64,000 nt of DNA, from NCBI GenBank assembly GCA_963715955.1, contig CAVQSQ010000021.1:673295-737294 (forward strand). The letters are read 5' to 3'. Origin of the DNA: Candidatus Sulfomarinibacteraceae bacterium. GTDB taxonomy: Bacteria; Acidobacteriota; Thermoanaerobaculia; Thermoanaerobaculales; Sulfomarinibacteraceae. The translations under genes and the position numbers were made by a program. The notes under the pieces were generated by a model. That model was not told where the DNA came from. It searched no databases and saw only the letters and a list, made by a program, of their open reading frames with translations. Of this stretch, positions 47,001 through 55,188 are shown piece after piece. Each line of letters starts with the position of its first letter. Within the stretch, counting starts at the first letter, position 1.

Positions 47001-47260
47001 CCGGCTCTCGTCAGAATCTCGAGAGCAAAACCGAACAGAGTCTGCACCTGAACCCCGGCGACCGCGCCCCACCGCCGGGCGAGGGTGTGCAGCAGGTGCC
47101 GGCGCAAACTCTTCGAAGGCACCACGATCCGGATCGGGAGACCGAGTGCCTCGAGATCCAACGCGCGATTTTCCTCGATCACCTCGAGCAGACGACGCTC
47201 GGCTGCCCGCGCGCCGCGGCAGATGACGACCCGGGATCCGGTGGGGAGTGCTTCACGCAT
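44036..47260 (-). CDS. addB: AddB-like helicase-nuclease subunit (inactive helicase fold + PD-(D/E)XK nuclease with Fe-S cysteines)
   Basis: The ATG at 47260 (MREALPTGSRVVICRG...) follows GGAGGA. The C-terminus carries ITLIDYKAS (nuclease) and Cys residues at GTGTCPW plus CLYCAVAEAC, the 1+3 Cys pattern of the AddB Fe-S staple. The upstream 215 codons of track ORF 44036..47905 cross the divergent gene and repeats. Confidence 0.75.
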   Translation of the reverse strand: MREALPTGSRVVICRGARAAERRLLEVIEENRALDLEALGLPIRIVVPSKSLRRHLLHTLARRWGAVAGVQVQTLFGFALEILTRAGRSVPPGDAVFELVVRRLAAADPALNASLGDLRDGYDPVVGAVRDLLDAGFEPGNLEAVFESLDDVARDLAPGRVERTRAVVRLAAVVCELGEDPGPARSMQALQWAGESLVQHGPLAAPTRHLLVHGFADVTGVAADLLAAVVRVFNSTVILDRPPDPANQETDDLGGVYLSRLEERLTHLDREVDPRLEPPPRLELVEAPDREAEARWVAEELRRLLDGGVTPEEIGVVGRTLDGLVLPLRRHLRRLGVPFSGIGAGVPGASPRTPILRFLELLRQGPSCGADLWMEASTVEGGTTELLLGLRVLGVLRLSDLAELQPGAVPASGVRLPVDLGPDEDGEEPGTPRRLSAGVVREAVARAGRVVSALDLRPEKGSAPVHRRHTLVLLDALGWGEDSPGRAEVWDALEKICREVPDDLMLTAAEWQRLLGDRLQKIGEVAIGGEGAGVQVLTVMEARSRTFSHLFVMACNRGLFPRVVHEDPMLPEAVRTRLAATVLPEMPVKGRSADEERYLFAQLVASSPSVHLSWSAFGADGTMTASPFVDRLRLRTEAGEPLRASQLWSEQGGRDHPRTAYELAILAAPLADSNGLKRLLGAAVEEGRTDAATTAETVSPVAVAASRLDVLEAVERPRDAVISPWFGFTGGGRGEAGQPLWVTHAEGTGTCPWREFIEHGLGVFPMPDPQLGLPGIDGPLVGQVVHGVLDEIVDRGIADPERVGTARLDELAAGRLVTVVWPDEAVFEELLTEIAARVAERAGLGPVGMAPLLAARARGYLEVERELEWTGGALSGVLGSEVEGAAEVPGVDRRLSFRADRVGGLGGAITLIDYKASRPVSEAKKEVTRRKHLETSIARGRRLQAVAYASAAGVESARGAYLFLKPNDEWSDEVRILALGGDDEAAVGLFINAVQTIERARTAGVAFPRLEEADGKAAGHCLYCAVAEACRRDDSAFRRELVRWMRSSDDSCDTAADAARDLWWLGFERPEVDG

Positions 47261-47353
47261 CGCGGTTCCTCCATGGGACCACGGGCCTCCCGGCCTGTCA
47301 ACGCCGCCCCCGGCGGTGGCGTAGAATGTCGGGAGCCGATACGGGGAGGCCGC

Positions 47354-47824
47354 ATGCCGGGAGTGGAACAGACCGTCATCGAGAGGTGGAACCGCGCGAA
47401 GGGCTCGGCTTTCGGCCGCTGGCTCTTCAGCCGGGCGGTGGGCCGGTTCGCGCCCTACACGGGCACCATCGGCGCCCGCATCGAGGAGTTCGAACCGGGT
47501 CGATCCGTGGTCACGATGCGCGACCGCAAAAAGGTCCGCAACCACCTGAGATCGGTGCACGCCGTGGCCCTGACCAATCTGATCGAGCTCTCCGGAAGTC
47601 TCGCGATCATCGCCTCGATGCATCCGGACACACGGATGATTCCGGTGCGGCTCGAGTCGGAGTTCGTGAAGAAGGCGCGCGGCACGGTGACGGCCGAGGG
47701 CAGCTGCGACACCATCGAGCCGGGGTTCGAGGGAGAGGTTCAGGCGGGGGTGGTGGTTCGCGACAGTGGCGGCAACGAGGTCACGCGAGGGCGGGTGACG
47801 GTGGTGATCGGCGCGACGGGGTGA
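47354..47824 (+). CDS. Hotdog-fold thioesterase-like protein (DUF4442/PaaI-like)
   Basis: The ATG at 47354 follows GGGGAGG. About 156 aa, with ...VHAVALTNLIELSG...ESEFVKKARGTVTAEG..., typical of DUF4442-type hotdog proteins as I remember them. Confidence 0.6.
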   Translation: MPGVEQTVIERWNRAKGSAFGRWLFSRAVGRFAPYTGTIGARIEEFEPGRSVVTMRDRKKVRNHLRSVHAVALTNLIELSGSLAIIASMHPDTRMIPVRLESEFVKKARGTVTAEGSCDTIEPGFEGEVQAGVVVRDSGGNEVTRGRVTVVIGATG

Positions 47825-47839
47825 AGCCCGCCGCGCCTC

Positions 47840-48043
47840 AATTCTGAATTTTGAATTTTGAATTTTGAATTTCTGCCCGAATGGCAGCCGGGACGGCTGC
47901 CCCACGATCTTTCATGATCGGTCTTTGTGGGGCAGGCGTCCCGCCTGCCAGGTAGCGGGACCCGCCGGAAGCCACCCTTCAGACCGCCGTCAGTGAGGTG
48001 GGACGAGCTCCATTCAAAATTCAAAATTAAGAATTCAAAATTA
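47840..48043. repeat. Foldback-type composite. The (TGAATTT)n array at 47840-47873 and an inverted (AAATTCA)n array at 48011-48043 flank GGCAGCCG-GGA-CGGCTGCC and GGCAGGCG-TCC-CGCCTGCC hairpins.
   Basis: Read directly. It lies between the convergent hotdog gene and sppA, and the sppA TAA stop lies inside the right array. Confidence 0.85.
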
Positions 48044-49771
48044 CTGGATGAGAATCGGCGGCATCCAGACGACGCCGGGGGTTGCGAGGGTGCCGCTGGT
48101 CAACCAGTTCTGGAGAAACTCGACCTTGGCCGCTAGGGCCACCTGGTCGGAACCGCGCTTTCTGGTCAGCTCCTGCCACCACGACATCGGCCGCGGGAAG
48201 TGCACCAGCTGGACCTCGGTGTCGGGGTCGATATCGGCAAGCCTCTTGGCCTCGGACAGCGCCACATCGAACCCGCCGAGCACATCGACGAGCCCGTTCT
48301 CGATCGCCTGGACGCCCGTGAAGACCCGGCCGCGGCCGATCGCGTCGACCGCTTCGGGCGTCATGCCGCGCGAGGCCGACACCCGCTCCACGAAATCGTC
48401 GTAGATCCGGTCCAGCATGCGATCGACGATCGCGCGCTGCTCGTCGGTCCAATTCTCGAGTTCGCCGTAGATATTGGCGTTGGTCCCCGCATCGATCCTG
48501 CCGTAGGTCACGCCGAGCTTGTCCGACCAGAATCCGGATGTATTGAGGTGGCCCGCGTAGACGCCGATGGACCCGGTCAGGGTCACCGGTTCGGCGACGA
48601 TCCGTTGCGCCCCGCAGGTGATCCAGTAGCCGCCCGACCCGGCCACGTTCGACATCGAGACGACGACCGGAACCTCGGCGGCGACCCGCACCATCTCCTG
48701 GCGGATGATCTCGGACGCGACCGCGCTGCCGCCGGGGGAATCAACGCGAAAGACAACCGCCTCGACGCCGGGCGTGTCGCCGACATCCCTGAAAGCCTTG
48801 GCCAAGGTCTCCGACCCCATGATCTCGCCGCCGAGCAACGGGTTGACGCTCTCGCCGCTCGAGCCGCGCATGATGGCGCCGACCCCGGTCACGACCGCGA
48901 TCTTCGGGCCATTGTGGACCCTTCTGCTTTGTTGGAGATAGGCTCGGACACCGACCTCTCTCGCACCGGGCTCACGTTCGTCGAGGCGCTCGTTGAATGA
49001 GGTCCAATCCTCGAGACTGTCGATCAGACCGGCCTCGACCGACTCTGCACCTATGAACGGTGCACGATTGATGAGGCTGCGAACCTCGTCCGCCGACATG
49101 CCCCGGCTGTCGCCTATGCCCAACGTCATCTGCTCCATGAGGGAATCGATCAACCACCCGGTCATCTCTTCCTGTTCGCGGGTGAATTCGGTCTCGGTGT
49201 ACATGAAGCGTGCGGTTTTGTAGTCGCCTCGTCCGGGAAACTCGGCCTGGATGTCCAATTTGTCGAAGGTCCCTCGGATGAACGGCGTCCGCGAGGAGAG
49301 ACCGATCAGGTTGAGGTCGCCCTGCGGGTTCATCGACACCTCGTCGCAGGCCGACGCGACGTAGTAGACCAGATTGCCGGGCATGAACTCACCGGCGGTG
49401 TCCATGTAGGCGGCGGTCCATTTCCCGGCGGCCCCCACCCTCGCGATCAGCGACCGCAGTTCCTGCGCGGTCGCGAATCCGCCGCCGATGCTGTCGATGC
49501 GCAACCGCAGCCCGCGAACCCGGTCGTCCTCCGCAACCCGGTTCAAAACGTCCCGCAGGTTGCTCAGGCTGGTGGCCTGGTCGCCCATCAATTCGGCGAG
49601 CGGGTCTTCGGCGGTCACCTCGGCGATCGGCCCCGCCAACCGCAGCGACACGACCATCTCTCCGGGGAGCGACGGGGCGGCAAGCCCCCGCACGAGCACC
49701 ACCATGATGATGAAACCGAGAACAACCAGCAGGCACCCGGCACCCAGGAAGACGGTCCGCGCTTTGGCCAT
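48041..49771 (-). CDS. sppA: Signal peptide peptidase SppA, 67K type (tandem S49 domains)
   Basis: N-terminal TM segment and two ClpP/S49-like halves (SIGGGFATAQEL; DSPGGSAVASE...SNVAGSGGYW). GGAGGTG Shine-Dalgarno sequence. Confidence 0.88.
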   Translation of the reverse strand: MAKARTVFLGAGCLLVVLGFIIMVVLVRGLAAPSLPGEMVVSLRLAGPIAEVTAEDPLAELMGDQATSLSNLRDVLNRVAEDDRVRGLRLRIDSIGGGFATAQELRSLIARVGAAGKWTAAYMDTAGEFMPGNLVYYVASACDEVSMNPQGDLNLIGLSSRTPFIRGTFDKLDIQAEFPGRGDYKTARFMYTETEFTREQEEMTGWLIDSLMEQMTLGIGDSRGMSADEVRSLINRAPFIGAESVEAGLIDSLEDWTSFNERLDEREPGAREVGVRAYLQQSRRVHNGPKIAVVTGVGAIMRGSSGESVNPLLGGEIMGSETLAKAFRDVGDTPGVEAVVFRVDSPGGSAVASEIIRQEMVRVAAEVPVVVSMSNVAGSGGYWITCGAQRIVAEPVTLTGSIGVYAGHLNTSGFWSDKLGVTYGRIDAGTNANIYGELENWTDEQRAIVDRMLDRIYDDFVERVSASRGMTPEAVDAIGRGRVFTGVQAIENGLVDVLGGFDVALSEAKRLADIDPDTEVQLVHFPRPMSWWQELTRKRGSDQVALAAKVEFLQNWLTSGTLATPGVVWMPPILIQ

Positions 49772-49814
49772 CGATCACCTCCGAACCCGGCCATGGTAGC
49801 AGGGAGCGAGGCTC

Positions 49815-49848
49815 GAATTTTGAATTTTGAATTTTGAGTTTTGAATTC
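49815..49848 (+). repeat. Heptamer tandem array (GAATTTT)n, 5 units, upstream of sppA
   Basis: GAATTTT GAATTTT GAATTTT GAGTTTT GAATTC. Confidence 0.9.
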
Positions 49849-49858
49849 CATCGCAAAC

Positions 49859-50172
49859 GGCAGCCGGGTCGGCTGCCTCATCCGGCTTCGCTCCTGGGGC
49901 TTCGCCGGGACAAGCACTCATCGCCTGCTTGTGACGGCGTAGCGCTCGCGCGAAGCCGCATGGGGCAGGCGTCCCGCCTGCCGGGCGGTCAACCCTTGTG
50001 GGGCAGGCGTCCCGCCTGCCAACGTGCGGCGGAGGTGCCCGTCATCCGCTCGGACCATGCATATCTTGAATTTCGAAGGGTTGCTGTTCCATCTTGCTCT
50101 CCGACAGCGTGACTGAAGGTGGGCCAAGGCCCACCCTACTTCGGAGGTAGGGTGGGCTTCAGCCCACCTTCA
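49859..50172. repeat. Cluster of REP-like GC-rich hairpins (BIME-like mosaic)
   Basis: It contains GGCAGCCGGGTCGGCTGCC (49859-49877) and GGCAGGCGTCCCGCCTGCC twice (49964-49982, 50002-20). It also has a GTGCGGCGGAGGTGCC fragment and CTGAAGGTGGGCCAAGGCCCACCCTAC / GTAGGGTGGGCTTCAGCCCACCTTCAG (50112-50172). Confidence 0.85.
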
Positions 50173-50218
50173 GAGTCGTTCATGTGTTTCTGGCGATCTG
50201 GAACAGCGGGGTAGCGGT

Positions 50219-51119
50219 CTACACCTTCGTGCAGTACCTGTACAACCCGGCCGAGCTCTCTTTCACCGGGCACAGCTTGCGGTACCTAGCCGCCGCCTCG
50301 GGTGGGACCCGTGAGGCTTCCATCTCACGCTCGTCCTCCGATGCCAGCGCCGCACCGAGCGCCTCACGATCCCCGCCCCCGTCGACGACCTTCCGCGCGA
50401 TATCGGTCCAGCGGAGCAGGCGGTCTTCGAGTTCGTCGAAGTGGCGGGCGGGATCGTCGTACGCTCCGTAGTGGGTGAGCAACAGCCGCGAAGGCGCGAG
50501 GCGACGCAACAACGCCAGGCTCGCGCGCCAGTCCTCGATCTCGATGTCGGGCGGGGGCATGGGCGGCAGAACGTGGGTCGCCCCGGGGAAGCGAACGCCG
50601 CCTACGTCACCGGTGGCGATCGCATCTCCGATCTGCCAGGCCACGTGGTGAACCGCGTGGCCCGGGGTGTGGTGGGCGACGATTTCGAGGTTGCCCACGG
50701 TCACCGACGCGCCATCTTCCACCGTGCGAAGCTGGTCGTCGGGTACGCCCTCGGTGACGCCCCACAACGGCACCATCATGTCCTTGTAGATCCGCTCGGC
50801 CGAAGGCAGGAGCTTGTCGCCGGGGTTGGCCAGGTGGGGAGCGCCGGCCGGGTGTGAGTAGACCGTGCAACCCGGTCTTCCTCGCAAGGACGCCGGCACC
50901 TCCGGAGTGGTCGAGGTGGACGTGGGTGGCAAACACCGCGCGCAGACCTTCGAGGTCGTGGCCCGCCTCGTTCACCCGCCGTTCGAGCGCGTTCACCGAA
51001 CTGGCGGGACCGGTCTCAAAGAGCACGAAACCACCCTCCACCGGCGCCAGGAACGACGCGATGATCTCCGTCGCGCCGAAGAACTCGAGGTCGAGCGTCT
51101 GGATGTGCGGGGTCGTCAT
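50219..51119 (-). pseudogene. MBL-fold metallo-hydrolase, interrupted by a single extra base near 50866-50876
   Basis: The ATG at 51119 follows GGGAGGG. The N-terminal part reads ...FATHVHLDHSGGAGVLARKTG (HxHxDH) in one frame. The rest (CTVYSHPAGAPHL...HHTPGHAVHH...LLLTHYG) continues in the frame of track ORF 50219..50932. The span is 901 nt (3n+1), giving 299 aa once one base is removed. Confidence 0.8.
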
Positions 51120-51175
51120 GGCACCCTCCCGGGGTTCAGTGTACGCTGTCCGGGCGCCCGTCACGGAGGACCCCG

Positions 51176-51589
51176 ATGCGCCACTTCGCCCTTGTCGCTA
51201 TCGTCTGTACAGCCGCCGCCTGCGCCACTTCGGACGGCGTTCCGACCCTGCGGGCCGACTGCGATGACCGCTTCGACGCCGTGTGGGTCGCCGCGCAGAC
51301 GGCGGTGAGCAGGCTGGGCGGAACCGTCCGAAGCGCGAACCGGGCATCGGGCGCCATCCTCGGCCGCCTCGACTCGGACGTTCTCGGCGCCGAGATCGAT
51401 CTCCACATCAACCTGAGCCGACTGCCCGACCACAATCCTGGAAGCCAGCAACCGGTGACTGTCACGATCAAGGCCACCGACACACGCCTGGCCGAGCCTG
51501 ATGTTCACCGGGTGGAGGAACTGCGTTCCCTGGAAGATCGTTACCTCCGGCTGGTCGGGGAACGGGCGGCCTGCAGCGGGCCCGTGTGA
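51176..51589 (+). CDS. Hypothetical lipoprotein
   Basis: GGAGGA Shine-Dalgarno sequence and a lipobox (VCTAAACAT). Confidence 0.55.
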   Translation: MRHFALVAIVCTAAACATSDGVPTLRADCDDRFDAVWVAAQTAVSRLGGTVRSANRASGAILGRLDSDVLGAEIDLHINLSRLPDHNPGSQQPVTVTIKATDTRLAEPDVHRVEELRSLEDRYLRLVGERAACSGPV

Positions 51590-51714
51590 TGCTGCTTCGC
51601 CGAGGCGGTCGTGTCCGGGCGCTGCTCGGACGGCTCACAAGGTATGATGGAGAGTGACGAGATCACCGGGCTCGGCATCCGGACCGACGCCGCGGTGCAA
51701 CCGAAGGAGGCCAC

Positions 51715-51960
51715 ATGTCCGACGACAGGAATACCAAGCTGCTCTCGATCGTCATCCTGTTCCTGCTGGGAACCACCCTGTTCAACACTCTGAGAGCGAA
51801 TGACTACGGACACCGGACCACCACCTTCCGCAAAGAGGCCCGCTACCAGATGGCCGCAACACGTGCAGCCCTCGCCGAACAGCAGCGGATCAACCAGGAC
51901 CTGCAACGCCAGATCGACGCCCTTGTTGCCGCCCAGAACGCCGGCGCGCCGGCGCAGTAG
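51715..51960 (+). CDS. Small membrane protein with a C-terminal coiled-coil (hypothetical)
   Basis: Strong AAGGAGG Shine-Dalgarno sequence, one TM helix (LLSIVILFLLGTTLF), then a heptad-like AEQQRINQDLQRQIDALVAAQ. Confidence 0.55.
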   Translation: MSDDRNTKLLSIVILFLLGTTLFNTLRANDYGHRTTTFRKEARYQMAATRAALAEQQRINQDLQRQIDALVAAQNAGAPAQ

Positions 51961-52008
51961 GCGCTCCGCCGAGCATCCGGGTCGAGGCCGTGCGGGCCCG
52001 ATCCGAAC

Positions 52009-53328
52009 TCAATCCGTCCCGACACCGATCCGAGCCGCCGCCGCGAACACCAGACTCCTCCACGGTCCGGAAGCACCCAGTCTCGCGAGGTTTCCGAAGT
52101 GCCCCCCAAGAGCCCGGTTGATGAAGATGACGTCTTCTGGAAACTGCATGTCCATCGAGTACTGCCATCCGTCCATGCCGATGTCGAACAGGCGGCGGTA
52201 GATGTCGGGATCCTCGCCGAAGGTGTAGGGCGGTGAGGGCCTGAGGACCTCGCCGAACAACTCGAGATAGGGGTCGATCACCGGCAACGGCATCGGCGAT
52301 CCGTCGTTCATGTGAATGCCCATCCTCACGAGGATTCGAGCAATCTCGTCGCCCCGCCCATGTGCCGTCGCCACCAACAGCTCGGCGTACCTGGTCGCCA
52401 TGTCCTCCGGCACCCGCTTGACGCTGCCGAAGTCGTACACGACCACCCGTCCGTCCTCGAGGAAAGCGAAGTTCGCGAGGTTCGGGTCGGCGTGCAGAAA
52501 CCGATGTTCGAGGAGGCCGCGCAACAGAAACTCCGCCAAGACTTCGCCCCAGCGGTTTCTCAAACCCTGATCGGCGGCGCACGCCCGGTCCGGCGACATC
52601 CCCGGCACGTACTCCAGCGTCAGGATGTTGCGGGCAGTCGCTTCCTCCACGACCCGCGGGATCACGATTTCCGGCACGCCGGCGTGGAGTTCCGCCATGC
52701 GGCGAATGTTGGCCGCCTCGTTCTGGTAATCGAGCTCTTCCATCAACCGGTCGTTGAGCTCCGACCAGATCGGATCGAAATCGATGTCGGAGATCATCGC
52801 GAGCAGGGTGCGGACCAGGGCCCTCAGGTTTTTGAGGTCGGCCTCGACGATGTGGTCGATCAACGGGTACTGAATCTTCACCGCCACGTCGCGGCCGTCC
52901 CTCAGTCTCCCGCGGTGGACCTGGCCGATCGACGCCGCGGCAAAGGCCTCGAAGTCCAGGTTCTCAAACAGATCGTCGAAGTCCTCGAGAGCGCCGCGGA
53001 TCTCGAACTCCATCACCTCGGCAGGCACCTTCGGCGCTTCCTGTTGCAGACCGCGCAGCACCTCGGCCACCTCCGGCGGCAGCATGCCGTCGTGCAGACT
53101 CAACATCTGGCCGATCTTCATCGCGGCGCCCTTCATCTCGCCGAGGGTCTCGACGATGCGGGTCGCGTTGTGGACCAGGTTTTCGGTCTTCTTGATCTGC
53201 TTCGAGGGCCCGGACCGGGCGACGTCGAGAATCTGGCTGCCGATCACCGACGCTCCCACCCGGCCCGCCAAACCACCGAGTTTGACGAAGCGGCGCACGG
53301 CCGAGGTGATCATGTCGTTGTCGGTCAA
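52009..53328 (-). CDS. ABC1/UbiB-family atypical protein kinase
   Basis: AASIGQVHRGRLRDGRDVAVKIQYP, HADPNLANF and DFG. The start is TTG 53328 or ATG 53313. Confidence 0.85.
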   Translation of the reverse strand: MTDNDMITSAVRRFVKLGGLAGRVGASVIGSQILDVARSGPSKQIKKTENLVHNATRIVETLGEMKGAAMKIGQMLSLHDGMLPPEVAEVLRGLQQEAPKVPAEVMEFEIRGALEDFDDLFENLDFEAFAAASIGQVHRGRLRDGRDVAVKIQYPLIDHIVEADLKNLRALVRTLLAMISDIDFDPIWSELNDRLMEELDYQNEAANIRRMAELHAGVPEIVIPRVVEEATARNILTLEYVPGMSPDRACAADQGLRNRWGEVLAEFLLRGLLEHRFLHADPNLANFAFLEDGRVVVYDFGSVKRVPEDMATRYAELLVATAHGRGDEIARILVRMGIHMNDGSPMPLPVIDPYLELFGEVLRPSPPYTFGEDPDIYRRLFDIGMDGWQYSMDMQFPEDVIFINRALGGHFGNLARLGASGPWRSLVFAAAARIGVGTD

Positions 53329-53571
53329 GGTGGTTCAGTTTCCTCAGCGATCGCGGTGCATCCTGCCGATCGTCCGTCATCCACTCCTCCGCTCGAGGTT
53401 GAAACCCCGCTCGGTGAGGCGTGGTTCCGGGGATTATAAGGCCTCAAACTGTACCGATTCTCACTCTTGACATCGTTCTGAGATGATGGCTTTTCGTGTT
53501 GACAAGAAGATTTTATTGCTACATATTAGCGTTTAGGCGGATTTCAACAGTTGGCTCTGCCAGGGCGGAAA

Positions 53572-54033
53572 ATGGAAACATCTCAAAAAGAAGACCGCAT
53601 CCGGGAATTCAAGCGGATCTGCCGCGAGCGCGGCGAGCGCTACACGGTGCAGCGCGAAATCATCCTCGAGACGGTCCTCGACCTCGACAACCACCCATCG
53701 GCCGACCAGATCTTCGAGGCCGTCGAGTCCCGCCTCCCCGGCATCGCCCGCACCACCGTCTACCGCACACTCGAGCATCTCGTCCGAACCGGAATCATCA
53801 CCAAGGCCTGCCACCCGGGCCGGGTCGCCCGCTTCGATCCCCGTACCGAGATCCACCACCACCTGGTGTGCCTCGACTGCAACCAGTTTTTCGACTTCGA
53901 GGACGACAGGCTGAACCGACTGACCATGCCCGACACGTCGACCTTCGGATTCGAGGTCAGCGACTACCGCGTCCAAATCAGGGGCATCTGTCAACAGTGC
54001 AGAGAAATTCGAGAGAAGGAGGATTCGAAATGA
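53572..54033 (+). CDS. Fur-family metalloregulator (PerR-like by context)
   Basis: YTVQREIILETVLDLDNHPSADQIF (winged helix), HHHLVCLDCNQ and ICQQC (CxxC x2). It overlaps the peroxidase gene by ATGA. The track start is TTG 53551. Confidence 0.85.
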   Translation: METSQKEDRIREFKRICRERGERYTVQREIILETVLDLDNHPSADQIFEAVESRLPGIARTTVYRTLEHLVRTGIITKACHPGRVARFDPRTEIHHHLVCLDCNQFFDFEDDRLNRLTMPDTSTFGFEVSDYRVQIRGICQQCREIREKEDSK

Positions 54034-55181
54034 GGAAAGGTGTATTCATCGCACTCCTGGGCGCCGCCGCGTTGGTTGCGGCAGGAGCCCTCAGCACCGC
54101 TGGGGAGGGGCCGTCGACGCCGCTGGGTCTGCCACCGGTGCCGATTCCGGAGGACAACCCGCAGACGCCGGAGAAGATCGCCCTCGGGGAAAAGCTCTAC
54201 AACGAGACCCGATTCAGCACGACTGGAGAAGTCGGCTGTTTCACCTGCCACGACCCGGTCAAGGCATTCACGGACAGCCCTCTCAAGACGTCTGAGGGCA
54301 TCGACAAGCTCACCGGCACCCGCAACTCCCCCACCGTGATCAACTCCGCCTACTTCACAACGCAGTTCTGGGACGGCCGCTCGCCGGATCTCGAGGACCA
54401 GGCGTTGCACCCGTTCATCAACCCGGTGGAGCACGGCCTCGCGAGCCACGACCCGATTCTCGAGATCGTGCGCACAGACCCGGAATACGCCGGAGCGTTC
54501 AAGGAGGTCTTCGGAAAGTCGGGCGAGCAGATCACGATGAGGGAAGTCACCCTCGCGATCGCTTCTTTCGAGAGGACCGTGATTTCCGGGAACTCACCCT
54601 TTGACCGGTACTACTTCGCCGGCGAAAAGGACGCGCTGACCGAGCAGCAGATTCGCGGCTTCGATCTGTTCGTCAACGAGGGCCGCTGCGTCTCCTGCCA
54701 CGTCGTCGAGCAGACCCAGGCCCTCTTCACCGACAACCGGTTCCACAACATCGGGGTCGGCATCAACAACATTCAATCGGATGTGCCCATGCTCGCCGCG
54801 AATTTCCTCGCGGCCGACATGAATCTTTCCGAGGTTGATGTCGAGGTGTTGACCGACCCGAAAACGTCCGAGCTGGGTCGTTTCGCGATCAGCCACGGTC
54901 TTGACGACCTCGGGTCGTTCAAGACCCCGACTCTGCGCAACGTCGCCGTCACCGCCCCATACATGCACGACGGCAGCATCGAGACTCTCAAGGACGTGGT
55001 CATCCACTACAACAACGGCGGCGTGACCGACGTCGGCGACCCCGTCAACGACTTCCTGTCCGGGGGCATCCGACCGCTCAATCTCGACGAGGATCAGATC
55101 GACGATCTGGTGGCGTTCATGGAGGCCCTGACCAGCCCCGAATTCGAGAAGCCGGCCGATTCCGCCGACGGCGAGAAGTAG
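54030..55181 (+). CDS. Di-haem cytochrome c peroxidase (CcpA/MauG family)
   Basis: Signal peptide and two CxxCH motifs (CFTCH, CVSCH), plus FWDGR and TPTLRNVAVTAPYMHDGS. The upstream part of track ORF 53496.. is out of frame over fur. Confidence 0.9.
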   Translation: MRKGVFIALLGAAALVAAGALSTAGEGPSTPLGLPPVPIPEDNPQTPEKIALGEKLYNETRFSTTGEVGCFTCHDPVKAFTDSPLKTSEGIDKLTGTRNSPTVINSAYFTTQFWDGRSPDLEDQALHPFINPVEHGLASHDPILEIVRTDPEYAGAFKEVFGKSGEQITMREVTLAIASFERTVISGNSPFDRYYFAGEKDALTEQQIRGFDLFVNEGRCVSCHVVEQTQALFTDNRFHNIGVGINNIQSDVPMLAANFLAADMNLSEVDVEVLTDPKTSELGRFAISHGLDDLGSFKTPTLRNVAVTAPYMHDGSIETLKDVVIHYNNGGVTDVGDPVNDFLSGGIRPLNLDEDQIDDLVAFMEALTSPEFEKPADSADGEK

Positions 55182-55188
55182 AGGTGAA

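Noticed and set aside
44036-47905. N-terminal extensions of track ORFs. These include addB to 47905, iscA to 1871, VWA from 12763, M16 from 27679, GNAT-HDAC from 31114, ATP-grasp genes from 34106 and 35380, GNAT from 36213, ccp from 53496 and the ABC ATPase to 17240.
   Set aside because: The extensions cross neighbouring genes or translate repeat DNA (giving peptides such as FKIQNSKF, RISNFGFRI, GRLPHKG). Internal ATG/GTG codons with good Shine-Dalgarno sequences or ATGA/GTGA coupling give proteins of the expected family length.
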